Positions 1 to 8,300 of a stretch of DNA of 36,794 nt are shown here, in pieces. The notes beneath the pieces are model-generated. The model did no database searches and had not been told where the DNA came from. It was given only the letters and a program-made list of their open reading frames with translations. The stretch is from a virus, in UHGV virus genome UHGV-0205693; one strand, written 5' to 3'. How positions within the stretch are numbered: the stretch's first letter is position 1; every line of letters starts with the position of its first letter. The translations under genes and the position numbers were made by a program.

Positions 1-3
1 ATC

Positions 4-279
4 ATGTCATTTACTAAAAATATTGAATTAACCTTTAATAAAACAGCCGCGAACGGGATGGCGCTGCCTTCTGAGACACAGACAATCGAAACTCATTTTG
101 TGGTGCGAAATGTCATTATCTCTGATGCGGAGGGTATTTCACAGGCAGACCTGTTCAGCAGTTTTGATGGGGTATCCTGGCAGTTTTACGGCTCGTATGA
201 GTTTGCACCCGATTACACGTCCGGTATCGGTATGTTGGAACAGGCAGAAACACAGATCCAGACACTGATGGACGCATAG
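4..279 (+). CDS. hypothetical protein (91 aa) just after the tail fiber gene. If the genome is circular, the window end supplies a GGAGG-n4-ATG ribosome-binding site.
   Basis: ORF in the six-frame track. The window end ...ctggaggg joined to the window start atcATG gives a canonical SD spacing. Codon usage looks coding. Confidence 0.4.
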   Translation: MSFTKNIELTFNKTAANGMALPSETQTIETHFVVRNVIISDAEGISQADLFSSFDGVSWQFYGSYEFAPDYTSGIGMLEQAETQIQTLMDA

Positions 280-416
280 AGAGACATATAGAGAGCATTA
301 TATTTTGGGGTTCTGAATAAAAATCGTTAAACGTATAGAGTGTTAGGGAGATCAATAAATTATTCACTCGAAACTCAAGGTGAAGCAGCCACTCAACTAT
401 AGAGTGGCTGAGTAAG

Positions 417-1322
417 TTAACCTCTGTATGGTATTTTTGATATTTCGATGGGTGTGTGCATTATACATCTTTCTTCTATCATGCTTTTTATGGTGTGCGC
501 GTTCAAAGTAGAGTATTGGTGCGGTCCGATTACTATTCTCTTTATCGGTATGAGTATGTTTGTAATCATTGTGTTATCATTTAGTTCTGGTTTGTTACCA
601 ATTGAAATGTATGGAATTAAGTAGTCCCCATTGCTTCTGTATCTTACCAGTGTTCTATTTGTTATGGTGTGGTAAATTACTCTGTATTCATTTTCTTCTT
701 TAAAACCTTCATCCTTAATTAATGGTGTTATATTATATAATTCCGTTCTGGTTATCCCTTGCCTTGCCAGATCGTTTCTTAAAAATATATCAATATTGGA
801 TAGGTATGACTCTTTCTCTCTAACTAAATACTCTGCTGCATTAATTGCGGAATCATGATTGATGTATTGGACTGGGCCGTAATATATGTCAAACTGACGA
901 TTATAGAACTCACCTTCTTTAATATATTGGTTTTGTTGTGAGGATAAAAAGTTAATTAAGCGGTCATGTTCAAAAACAATGCATATCCCTTGTTGGCTTT
1001 TACTGTATCCTCGCCATTGGCTTAGTAAATCAGACCCATCCACTATCTCACCATTAGGTTTTACTGATGATAGAAAACAAGTGACATAAATATCATGTGC
1101 GGAAGTGCCATCTAATACTTTTATTTGTTTTTTTATTTCCTCTATCCACTCGTGGTTTATATTTGAATTATTTTTTACATGATCAATCGATTGCTCTAAG
1201 ATGTGTATTCCATGAGATAGTTCGCTGCTGTCATTTAAATGTTTAATGTTTGTTGCCCAGAGGGCATTTTCGTTTATGATTCCTAAAAAACCATCGAGCG
1301 TCGTATAGTGATATAATTCCAT
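417..1322 (-). CDS. DUF2971-like protein, 301 aa, in an AT-rich moron
   Basis: The N-terminus MELYHYTTLDGFLGIINENALWATNIKHLNDSSE matches my recollection of the DUF2971 N-terminal signature (YhYt...L....lw.s....lNDp.E). GC content is much lower than in flanking phage genes. Confidence 0.5.
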   Translation of the reverse strand: MELYHYTTLDGFLGIINENALWATNIKHLNDSSELSHGIHILEQSIDHVKNNSNINHEWIEEIKKQIKVLDGTSAHDIYVTCFLSSVKPNGEIVDGSDLLSQWRGYSKSQQGICIVFEHDRLINFLSSQQNQYIKEGEFYNRQFDIYYGPVQYINHDSAINAAEYLVREKESYLSNIDIFLRNDLARQGITRTELYNITPLIKDEGFKEENEYRVIYHTITNRTLVRYRSNGDYLIPYISIGNKPELNDNTMITNILIPIKRIVIGPHQYSTLNAHTIKSMIEERCIMHTPIEISKIPYRG

Positions 1323-1396
1323 AACTCTCCCTTTAGATTAATGTTTGCTCGTATCAATGATTTTAGGTCGTTAACGCGTTGTCAGCAAACGTAGAT

Positions 1397-1426
1397 TTGA
1401 CGCCATCAAAAGCTAAAGCTGATAAT
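1397..1426 (+). promoter_or_regulatory. candidate sigma70 promoter for the lysis cassette (TTGACG, 18 nt, GATAAT)
   Basis: TTGACG at 1397-1402 and GATAAT at 1421-1426 in the intergenic region upstream of the holin gene. Confidence 0.35.
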
Positions 1427-1444
1427 TTAACTTCTGACTCTTTT

Positions 1445-1460
1445 GGTCAGGATTCCGACC
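1445..1460. repeat. GGTCAGGATTCCGACC hairpin-repeat copy 1 (downstream of the DUF2971 moron, in the lysis leader)
   Basis: One of four copies of the GGATTCCGACC core seen in this window. Confidence 0.7.
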
Positions 1461-1514
1461 TGATTAACGCCTTACCCTCGCTTCACTACACAGTGAACCC
1501 CGCGGGGGTAAGGC

Positions 1515-1745
1515 ATGCGAATGAACAACCTTTCAGACGTAGCGGCGGGGGCCTCCTACGTCACTTCAATAGGCAGCGGCGGTTACTGGCTGCTGCAACT
1601 CCTCGATAAAGTCAGCCCGAGCCAGTGGGCGGCGATCGGCGTTCTTGCCAGTATCGTTTTCGGGCTGCTGACCTACCTCACCAACCTTTATTTCAAAATC
1701 AAAGAAGACCGGCGGAAGGCGCGCGACTATGAGCAACAAAGCTAA
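1515..1745 (+). CDS. S: class II pinholin, phage 21 S21-like, with an M-R-M dual-start motif
   Basis: [52 protein letters not shown] closely resembles S21. Two transmembrane segments. MRM at the N-terminus is typical of a holin/antiholin pair. Confidence 0.85.
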   Translation: MRMNNLSDVAAGASYVTSIGSGGYWLLQLLDKVSPSQWAAIGVLASIVFGLLTYLTNLYFKIKEDRRKARDYEQQS

Positions 1746-2265
1746 GCTCAGCGCTGCGATGCTGGCGCTCATTGCAGCAGGTGCATCAGCGCCGGTAATA
1801 ATGGACCAGTTTCTGACGGAGAAAGAAGGGAGCAGCCTCACCGCCTATAAAGACGGTTCTGGAATCTGGACCATTTGCCGCGGCGCCACGCGCGTGGACG
1901 GTAAGCCTGTAATTCAGGGTATGCGGCTGACGCAGGCCAAATGCGGCCAGGTAAACGCTATCGAGCGCGATAAGGCGCTGGCGTGGGTACAAAAGAACGT
2001 TCATGTTCCTCTTACCCCGCCGCAGGCCGTAGGCATTGCCTCGTTCTGCCCGTACAACATCGGGCCGGGTAAGTGCTTCCCCTCGACGTTCTACCGCAAG
2101 CTGAACGCCGGCGACCGCAAAGGGGCATGCGCGGAGATCCGCCGGTGGGTATTCGACGGCGGCCGGGATTGCCGGTTAACCAAAGGACAGAAAAACGGCT
2201 GTTACGGGCAGGTTGACCGCCGCGATCAGGAAAGTGCGCTGACGTGCTGGGGGCTGTACGAATGA
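1729..2265 (+). CDS. R: SAR endolysin (signal-anchor-release lysozyme, T4-lysozyme-like GH24)
   Basis: An N-terminal weakly hydrophobic SAR segment [17 protein letters not shown] is followed by the E-8aa-D-5aa-T catalytic triad ([16 protein letters not shown]). It overlaps the holin end, as in phage 21. Confidence 0.85.
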   Translation: MSNKAKLSAAMLALIAAGASAPVIMDQFLTEKEGSSLTAYKDGSGIWTICRGATRVDGKPVIQGMRLTQAKCGQVNAIERDKALAWVQKNVHVPLTPPQAVGIASFCPYNIGPGKCFPSTFYRKLNAGDRKGACAEIRRWVFDGGRDCRLTKGQKNGCYGQVDRRDQESALTCWGLYE

Positions 2266-2621
2266 AAGGAAAAACCAAACTGGTGATTGTGGGGGGAGTG
2301 CTGGCGGTATGCGCCGGCATTTTCTGTGCGGGGTATCTGAAAGGTTGGTACGCGCATTCTGAGCAAGTGAACAGCCAGGCTAAAGCCAGACTGCAAAAAC
2401 AGGAAAAAGCGGTAGCAGAAGGCGAGCAGAAGGCGGCGACGGCGAACGCCGACGCCAAAGTGATTTACCGTACCGTTTATCGTGATGTGGTGAAATATGT
2501 CAATGACCCGAATCATACTAAGTGCCAGTTTGATCCTGCTGCTGTGCAGCTGCGCCAACGAGCAATCGACGCGGCCAACGCCATCCCCGGATTTGATGAA
2601 CCGACCGTGCAAGCTAAGTAA
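2262..2621 (+). CDS. Rz: i-spanin Rz
   Basis: ATG at 2262 overlaps the endolysin stop (ATGA). The N-terminal TM segment KLVIVGGVLAVCAGIFCAGYL is followed by a coiled-coil periplasmic domain. Position after the endolysin fits. Confidence 0.75.
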   Translation: MKGKTKLVIVGGVLAVCAGIFCAGYLKGWYAHSEQVNSQAKARLQKQEKAVAEGEQKAATANADAKVIYRTVYRDVVKYVNDPNHTKCQFDPAAVQLRQRAIDAANAIPGFDEPTVQAK

Positions 2622-2736
2622 CGCTGGCGTAGATAGCGACGCTGATCTGCTGGCAGATACACAATCAGCGGAGTGCGTGCGGGAGCTGCGTACCAATATC
2701 TACCGCTGGCAATCGTGGTATCGTGCGACTGAATAA
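2497..2736 (+). CDS. Rz1: o-spanin Rz1 (lipoprotein), +1 frame, overlapping and extending past Rz
   Basis: Signal peptide with an LLLCSC lipobox-like motif and a Pro-rich mature region. Starts inside Rz and ends 115 nt after it (overlapped architecture). Confidence 0.6.
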   Translation: MSMTRIILSASLILLLCSCANEQSTRPTPSPDLMNRPCKLSNAGVDSDADLLADTQSAECVRELRTNIYRWQSWYRATE

Positions 2737-2875
2737 ATATTGAATCTGGGGTATTATAAGCGTCAGAAGATAGTCTAAAACAGTGCTGTAACTTATTGTT
2801 TTCTCGCTACTAGATTATTGGTGTATGTTCGGATTATTTTCATATCTCATTGATATTTAAAATAATCACCACCAA

Positions 2876-2931
2876 TTTAAAATCCCTCGGCGTTCGCGCT
2901 GTGCGGGTTCAAGTCCCGCTCCGGGTACCAT
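2876..2931 (+). other. attP core: 3' part of tRNA-Leu(UAA), from the anticodon loop to CCA. Not a complete tRNA.
   Basis: ATTTAAAATCCCTCGGCGTTCGCGCTGTGCGGGTTCAAGTCCCGCTCCGGGTACCA matches the 3' end of enterobacterial leuZ-type tRNA-Leu(UAA). Upstream sequence is AT-rich non-tRNA DNA. The integrase is adjacent. Confidence 0.8.
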
Positions 2932-2964
2932 TGGGATAAAAGCAGAATAATCAAAGCAATAAGC

Positions 2965-2996
2965 AGTGTCGTGAAACCACCTACGGGTGGTTTTTT
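2965..2996 (+). terminator. rho-independent terminator (AAACCACC-tacg-GGTGGTTT followed by T7), probably the tRNA-associated terminator carried in attP
   Basis: Perfect 8-bp stem and a T-run, seen directly in the sequence. Confidence 0.6.
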
Positions 2997-3061
2997 TGTA
3001 TCTGAAACTCTCCTTTCCGAAGATGCGTCCGAAGATGATTTTTCCGCGAACGCATAGCGAT

Positions 3062-4078
3062 TCATTTTTTCTGACCGCCGACCACCGGCACGATTTTAGT
3101 TTTCCTGTCGTAAATTGCCGTCTGTCTCGAATTTTTATGACCTGAAATCGCCTGTTTCTCCTCGAGGCTTCCTTCCAAATCAGAAACACCTTTCGCCTTC
3201 AGATCATGGAAAGTGAAATCTATCTGCAGGTGCGGGTTCTTTTCCTGCGCTGCGATTTTGGCGTCGCGCCAGCGTGAATTAAAACCGTCGCGGGTGTATT
3301 TGCTGCCGCTGGTCTGGTGAATGACAAACAGGCTACGGATACCCGGCTTTAACGGCAGGGAGCGGGCGAGGGCGACAGCGGCGCGCAGGCGTGGCGACCA
3401 TGCTTTGATTTGCTTCACGCCTGTTTTCCCCTGGCGTATAAAGATCCCGGTTTCCCGTATCTGGTCTTCAGTCAAAGCCAGCACATCGCTTTGTCTGGCC
3501 AGACACAAATAAGCGATTTCCATGGTGGCGCGAACCACGTCCGGAGCAACGTCGTAAACCGCTTTGTATTCTTCGTCGGTGATGTAACGCTCCCTGGCCG
3601 TCTCTTTGAACTTCTTAACGCCCTGACAGGGATTATGCTGAACGTAACCGCGCTCATAACCCCAACGGAATACCCGCGAAAGAAAACTCTTTTCCCGGTT
3701 AGCCTGCGTTTTACTGGCCATGCCACGCTGATCCATATAGCGCCGGATGTGTTCTGGTTTAATTTTATCCGGGTTAACCTTCCCGAATACCGGCAACACT
3801 TTGCCTGCGTATTTCGTGTAGTCTTTTCGGGTTTCTGCCGCTAAATCCTGCCAGTCAGGGGAAGACATGAATTGATCGGCCAGAGCCTGAAACGTCTTGC
3901 GCTCGACTTCTTCTCCCATGGCTTTTTCATATGCCAGCCATACAGCTGATTGAGGCTCGGAGAGCGCACATAGCCTGATAGCCTTGTTATCTTTATTCCT
4001 GAATTCATACGCCGCCTTGCCGCGATACACGCGGGGCGGCATCCAGTTATCAGCGGGGTTCTTACGCTTTCCGGCCAT
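3062..4078 (-). CDS. int: tyrosine site-specific integrase
   Basis: 338 aa with a lambda-integrase-like organisation, a C-terminal catalytic region (HDLK...H...R...Y context), and adjacency to the tRNA-derived att core. Confidence 0.85.
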   Translation of the reverse strand: MAGKRKNPADNWMPPRVYRGKAAYEFRNKDNKAIRLCALSEPQSAVWLAYEKAMGEEVERKTFQALADQFMSSPDWQDLAAETRKDYTKYAGKVLPVFGKVNPDKIKPEHIRRYMDQRGMASKTQANREKSFLSRVFRWGYERGYVQHNPCQGVKKFKETARERYITDEEYKAVYDVAPDVVRATMEIAYLCLARQSDVLALTEDQIRETGIFIRQGKTGVKQIKAWSPRLRAAVALARSLPLKPGIRSLFVIHQTSGSKYTRDGFNSRWRDAKIAAQEKNPHLQIDFTFHDLKAKGVSDLEGSLEEKQAISGHKNSRQTAIYDRKTKIVPVVGGQKK

Positions 4079-4307
4079 TAAAGATAGCTCCGAAGTCTGG
4101 TTCTTCCTCCCGCACCGTTTCTTCCTGCTGGTTGCGGTATTTAATCGGGTTCAGGAAATGGCCCCACGTCGTTTTAGGATGGCCGTCTGCCCTTTCCATG
4201 AAAAAGACTCCGGCCCGGCGTAGCGCTTCACACTGCCGCGATTTAAGCGGTGTCCCCGTCAGTTCGATCATTTCCTCTCTGGTGATGATGTCGTGATCGT
4301 GTCTCAT
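4062..4307 (-). CDS. xis: excisionase-like / small DNA-binding protein
   Basis: 81 aa, overlaps the int start by 17 nt, and is preceded by the recurrent GAGGAAAGACCATG start context. The position is typical for xis. The sequence call itself is weak. Confidence 0.45.
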   Translation of the reverse strand: MRHDHDIITREEMIELTGTPLKSRQCEALRRAGVFFMERADGHPKTTWGHFLNPIKYRNQQEETVREEEPDFGAIFNGRKA

Positions 4308-4463
4308 GGTCTTTCCTCAGCATGCCGGCTATCGCGTTGTCTGCCGTATCGCAAGCGCGTTGGATATCGGACTGGGTCAGAGTCCTCTTTCTAACGCTGG
4401 CTGATAGCCTGCCAATTTTGATATCGAAATCTGAAAGTAAAAGTGTGCCTGGTTGCCAACGTA

Positions 4464-4500
4464 GCATTGTGATCTCCGGTTCATAGGTAGATCACAATGC
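4464..4500. repeat. perfect 12-bp inverted repeat GCATTGTGATCT / AGATCACAATGC with a 13-bp spacer
   Basis: Seen directly. Intergenic, between the small ORF ending at 4517 and xis. Confidence 0.8.
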
Positions 4501-4516
4501 TAACGACAGTTGCGGG

Positions 4517-4702
4517 TTATTTCTGATTAGGCTTAATCAGGTTTGGTTTATTCAGGAACGCGCCATTTTCGCGGGTGATTTTGGCACTGCGCGGAAAATG
4601 CATAGCCAGTTCGCAACGCGCGCAGGCTTCGATTATCCCGTTAGTACCGTCCGGAAAAACGACGTGAAGCGCGTCGCCTCGTTTCAGTGTGAGTTTCAGC
4701 AT
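4517..4702 (-). CDS. small hypothetical protein (about 61 aa, MLKLTLKRGD...), translationally coupled to the upstream gene
   Basis: ATG is 1 nt after the stop of the Gp157-like gene. CxxC motif present. Confidence 0.35.
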   Translation of the reverse strand: MLKLTLKRGDALHVVFPDGTNGIIEACARCELAMHFPRSAKITRENGAFLNKPNLIKPNQK

Positions 4703-4703
4703 A

Positions 4704-5270
4704 TCAGCGCACCTGCAGTGAACGTTCGCCAATCTCAAGGTGAGCGCCCGGCACTGGGTTTAACAGTTCTTCCGGTATCTCTCCGCCGTCAGCGCTAATC
4801 TGGGCCGCTGCTGCCTGTGCTGATTCAATCGCTTCCTTGATGGCTTTCTTGTCCGGAGTGACTAACGTCTGAACTGTCACTAATTCATCCGGCAGTAATT
4901 CATCATTATCGATCACGACGTTTATAGCTCCCTTACGTGCGGTAAAGGTATTTTTGGCGGTTTTAACCGTATCCTGACCGGCGGCCAGTAGGCACTGGAG
5001 AACATACTTCTTCAGGTTCGTGATCTTGCCTTCGAATGATTTTTTGCGGGCGGCGAGGCGTTTGGCCTCTTCATCACAGGTTTTTGCCAGACCTTCCAGA
5101 TTGCGAACATGCACAAACACCGCATCCAGTTTGTCGCCGAGTTGCAACTTAAGTCCTTCCATTGTGTCGGCAATCATTTCCGGAGACAGACCAGAGCCGT
5201 CTTCATTTTCCAGAAGCGCCTGGAGTTTTGACATATCGGCAGCGATAGCAATTGCAGTAGTAGAAGTCAT
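4704..5270 (-). CDS. Sipho_Gp157-family protein, commonly partnered with Sak/Erf recombinases
   Basis: 188 aa with an acidic N-terminus (LQALLENEDGS). The motifs AKRLAARKKSFEGKITNLKKYVL and VVIDNDELLPDELV match the Gp157 pattern. ATGA overlap with the upstream recombinase gene. Confidence 0.55.
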   Translation of the reverse strand: MTSTTAIAIAADMSKLQALLENEDGSGLSPEMIADTMEGLKLQLGDKLDAVFVHVRNLEGLAKTCDEEAKRLAARKKSFEGKITNLKKYVLQCLLAAGQDTVKTAKNTFTARKGAINVVIDNDELLPDELVTVQTLVTPDKKAIKEAIESAQAAAAQISADGGEIPEELLNPVPGAHLEIGERSLQVR

Positions 5271-7411
5271 TGTGCTTTCTCCTCGGCTTTATTCAGTTCT
5301 TTAATGCGGCCATCCTTAATGGTGATGAGTCGGCGGAGTCTGCCAGACAGATAGCGTTCATGCTGCGTATCGCCGTTGGCCTGGGCGGCTTTAATGTGTA
5401 CATCGATCTCACGTGCAATAGGGGAAAACACGCCATTGATTTCGTTCACCGTCACTCCATGTGCCAGGGTATTAGCAACGCGGCTTAATTTGTCGTCAAA
5501 CTCCTGGCGAAGCCGTGCTGCATCTTCGGCTGATTCGCTGGCGTTCTTCAGGTCAAACTCGGCCTTATTCTTCTGGCGGTACTCCAGATTGTCGTAAAGC
5601 CCCATAAAGATATCGCCGCTGAATCCTAGGCCGGATAACGCCTTTTTAGTGGCATCGGTAAGGGATTTTTTAGCGGCTTCCCCATCGCAGATCGGGCCAT
5701 ATTTGCTGCCGTAAATGTAGGGTGTGCAGCCGTAGGCGTATTCTTCTCCGCGAACATCGTTTACCAGATACCAAAGGCGAATTTTCATTACGTGATGTTT
5801 TTCAGTGAGGAAACCGCCATTACCATCTGAGATCAGTTCCCATGTATTGTTACCGTCACTTCCTTTTACAGTCCGTGTAATTGGCGCTCCATCGTCAAAG
5901 CGTTCTTCCAGTATATCGACGCCCCAGCCGCTGCCTTTCAGGCCGAACTCACGGGTAGCCAGCATCGTAAGATACGTGCCGTTGATTGAGGTGCCGCCGC
6001 CGTTTTGCGTGAATGCTTTGGTAAAGCGCTCATCGGTTTTGAAGACACGTTTCCACAGCGCCAGGTTGTCTTGTTCGGTGCCAGGATTACCGACTGATCG
6101 CACGACTTCTTCAGCGCTAGGCATGGTTTCTTTCTGGCTTATGTGCTCTACCAACTGCTCCACATCATCAGCAATTCTTTGCGCTTTGACGCTCAGTTTT
6201 TCCTCTGGCTCGCTGGCGATGTAATTGTCTGACGCATAAACGCCATAGCCCATATCGTTGAGCGTCTCACGCGCCTGTTTGGCCTGGGTATCGGTTACCA
6301 CCGGCTGTAGTGCTTCCGCTTTTTCGACCACGTTTGAGGCGGTATTTTGCGTTGCCTCTGGTTGTTTAACGGATCCTGTCTCGGTTTCTTCAAAGCGGCC
6401 GTTTGCCTCCAGCCATGAATCAATGTGGCGGCGTAGGCTGTCAGGGAAATGGTAGGTATCTTTTGCCGGGACGTTCTGCACTACGCCAAAAATACTGTCT
6501 CGGTCATATTTGAGGATGTGCTCCGTGGTGCGAAGCGCCATTGACCAACGTTTAAAATCTTCGCGCTCGTCTGCAATGATTTTCTCAGCATCGCGAAGGT
6601 TGCCTGATAATACTGGCGCGTCGGGAGAAATAGGGAGTAGGGCGACAGCGATCTCCTGATCCAGTGTTGCATAGGTATGTTTATAACCACGTTTGGGCGC
6701 GATTTTAACGTTGAAATCAGTGCTGGCGGTGCCGAGTGAGGAATTTTGGCCTGGTACCATTTCTTCACGTTTACCGGGATTCTCAAGCCAGCGTTTTACA
6801 AATTGAGAAATAGCCGCTTTGCCCGGAGTCTGGTTTTCAAAATGGGAGAAGATGCCCTGGATCAGATTGTTCAGACCTTCCACGTGCATATGTTTAACTG
6901 GCTCGTTGTTGTGCAGGGCGCAAAGCACATTGAAATTAAAACGGTCATCCTCTTCCATGGTTTCGTCGTGGTTATCCAGATCATCAAGATAATCTACAAC
7001 CTGCGAATAGAGCTGGCCGTTCATCTCTAATTTGCTGAAGAGTAATACAGCTGCAAAACGCTCCCTAGGGGATACCGTCATCAGATCGATAACTTCATCG
7101 CCTGTCGGCAGCTCGGTGACGTCACCATTCCGGATGTTAGCCACCCATTTTTCACCGTCAAAGGTATTTTCTCGGGCGAACTGCTCATCGAACTGGCCAA
7201 CGGTCGGCAGCGGCTGGCCCTCTTCGTGTTCCCACAGCTTAGGTTTGAAATAGTTATCACCATTTGCCGGGTAAGATTCCCAGAGTTTGCCGGTGATAAT
7301 GCTTTCGGCGACTTTCTTGTTTGGTGCTTCGACGGCGATCGCCAGCTGCACGGCGCCGCAGTCTTTGATTGCCGATTTTTTTGGCTCGAATAAGCCGTTG
7401 TAGATGGTCAT
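5267..7411 (-). CDS. 714-aa protein with a C-terminal Erf/Rad52-like single-strand annealing domain fused to an N-terminal region of about 450 aa of unknown function
   Basis: C-terminal segment TDATKKALSGLGFSGDIFMG and upstream YAYGCTPYIYGSKYG resemble the Erf/Sak/Rad52 SSAP signature (DA..RAL..LGfG). Sits in the early-left operon next to Gp157. Confidence 0.45.
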   Translation of the reverse strand: MTIYNGLFEPKKSAIKDCGAVQLAIAVEAPNKKVAESIITGKLWESYPANGDNYFKPKLWEHEEGQPLPTVGQFDEQFARENTFDGEKWVANIRNGDVTELPTGDEVIDLMTVSPRERFAAVLLFSKLEMNGQLYSQVVDYLDDLDNHDETMEEDDRFNFNVLCALHNNEPVKHMHVEGLNNLIQGIFSHFENQTPGKAAISQFVKRWLENPGKREEMVPGQNSSLGTASTDFNVKIAPKRGYKHTYATLDQEIAVALLPISPDAPVLSGNLRDAEKIIADEREDFKRWSMALRTTEHILKYDRDSIFGVVQNVPAKDTYHFPDSLRRHIDSWLEANGRFEETETGSVKQPEATQNTASNVVEKAEALQPVVTDTQAKQARETLNDMGYGVYASDNYIASEPEEKLSVKAQRIADDVEQLVEHISQKETMPSAEEVVRSVGNPGTEQDNLALWKRVFKTDERFTKAFTQNGGGTSINGTYLTMLATREFGLKGSGWGVDILEERFDDGAPITRTVKGSDGNNTWELISDGNGGFLTEKHHVMKIRLWYLVNDVRGEEYAYGCTPYIYGSKYGPICDGEAAKKSLTDATKKALSGLGFSGDIFMGLYDNLEYRQKNKAEFDLKNASESAEDAARLRQEFDDKLSRVANTLAHGVTVNEINGVFSPIAREIDVHIKAAQANGDTQHERYLSGRLRRLITIKDGRIKELNKAEEKAQ

Positions 7412-7443
7412 TGGTCTTTCCTCGTTTGTAACTAATTCGCTGG

Positions 7444-7728
7444 TTAGGCGTCTTGTTTAATTTCAGGGAGCAGTCCAGCGATCACGCGTTCTGCCGTTTT
7501 TTTTGCTTCTTCCAACTGCTCTAGTTCGCGTTCGAGATGAACCTTTTGGCTTTCTGCCAGTTCTTTAATTTCTGATGAATCGACTTTGAGATAGCTCTCG
7601 CCGTTTCTACCTTCCGCTAAAATCCCGGAGGAGCGGCATTCGTTACTGCAAATATTGATAATTCTGTTTGCGCGATCTAAGCGGTCTTTAATTTCGCGAA
7701 TTCTTTCAAGCAATTTTCTAATATCCAT
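7444..7728 (-). CDS. hypothetical coiled-coil protein (94 aa)
   Basis: ORF preceded by the GAGGAAAGACCATG start cassette. Confidence 0.5.
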   Translation of the reverse strand: MDIRKLLERIREIKDRLDRANRIINICSNECRSSGILAEGRNGESYLKVDSSEIKELAESQKVHLERELEQLEEAKKTAERVIAGLLPEIKQDA

Positions 7729-7772
7729 GGTCTTTCCTCTTGGTTACAGGCGCAGGTCACGCGCCCAGTTAA

Positions 7773-8183
7773 TTAAAACGGTACGTCGCTTTCTTCAATC
7801 GGAGAGTGGTCGATGCACAGCAGCTGCTGGATCTGGTCTTCAATAACGCTTAACTGTTTGTTGGCATCAGCAGATATTTGCTCTTTCTTCGCGCGAAGGG
7901 CATTAACCTGCATCCCGATAATATCGATAGGCTCTAAAGCAGGAATGGCAACCTCTACCGTTTTAGTTGTAACGAGAACATACAGATCAGGGTACTGCTG
8001 TGACATGTCACAGGTGAATGAGTGATAAGACGTTGGTAGGTATGGATTGGTTGTTGCCATAACGTAGATAGTTACGGGGATGGTAAGCGCTTCCATAGCG
8101 ACTCCTTGGTGATGTATACTCAGAGCCGATCGGCGACTCTGTCGTTGGTCTTTCCTCGCTACAGGGTTGGTCCCCTGTAGCAT
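7773..8183 (-). CDS. first gene of the pL operon. Candidate N-like antiterminator if translated from 8183 (N-terminal arginine-rich segment PVARKDQRQSRRSAL). An alternative start at 8098 has a strong AAGGAG ribosome-binding site and gives 108 aa.
   Basis: The position immediately downstream of the pL leader, boxB-like hairpins and a tL1-like terminator fits an N-like role. The arginine-rich motif is present only in the long form. Confidence 0.35.
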   Translation of the reverse strand: MLQGTNPVARKDQRQSRRSALSIHHQGVAMEALTIPVTIYVMATTNPYLPTSYHSFTCDMSQQYPDLYVLVTTKTVEVAIPALEPIDIIGMQVNALRAKKEQISADANKQLSVIEDQIQQLLCIDHSPIEESDVPF

Positions 8184-8300
8184 TCCTGGCGGATTGGTCT
8201 CCGCTGGGGTAAATCAGCCCACTCCGGTGGGCTTTTTTACGCCTGAATGTTGCCGGTCTTTCCCGGCTGTCAGGGTGGTCAGTCCCGTTGGTCTTTCCTC
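8145..8300 (-). repeat. two copies of a start-codon-less CGAGGAAAGACCAA unit (decoy RBS) in the pL leader, identical to the functional RBS unit at 7414-7427
   Basis: TTGGTCTTTCCTCG occurs on the plus strand at 8145-8158 and 8287-8300 with no ATG following on the minus strand. Confidence 0.7.
8226..8249 (+). terminator. rho-independent terminator on the plus strand (AGCCCAC-tccg-GTGGGCT followed by T6) inside the minus-strand operon
   Basis: Perfect 7-bp stem and a T6 run, seen directly. Confidence 0.6.

Noticed and set aside
1379-1609. 76-aa ORF overlapping the holin start and the lysis leader
   Set aside because: No RBS. Overlaps the well-supported pinholin gene. The region contains promoter and hairpin elements instead.
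2012-2696. Minus-strand ORFs (148 and 156 aa) antisense to the endolysin and Rz
   Set aside because: Antisense artifacts in GC-rich coding sequence. The plus-strand genes have strong homology-type signatures.
2876-2931. Possible complete tRNA gene
   Set aside because: Only the 3' portion (anticodon loop to CCA) of tRNA-Leu(UAA) is present. Upstream sequence is AT-rich and cannot form the acceptor or D arms. Interpreted as the att core.
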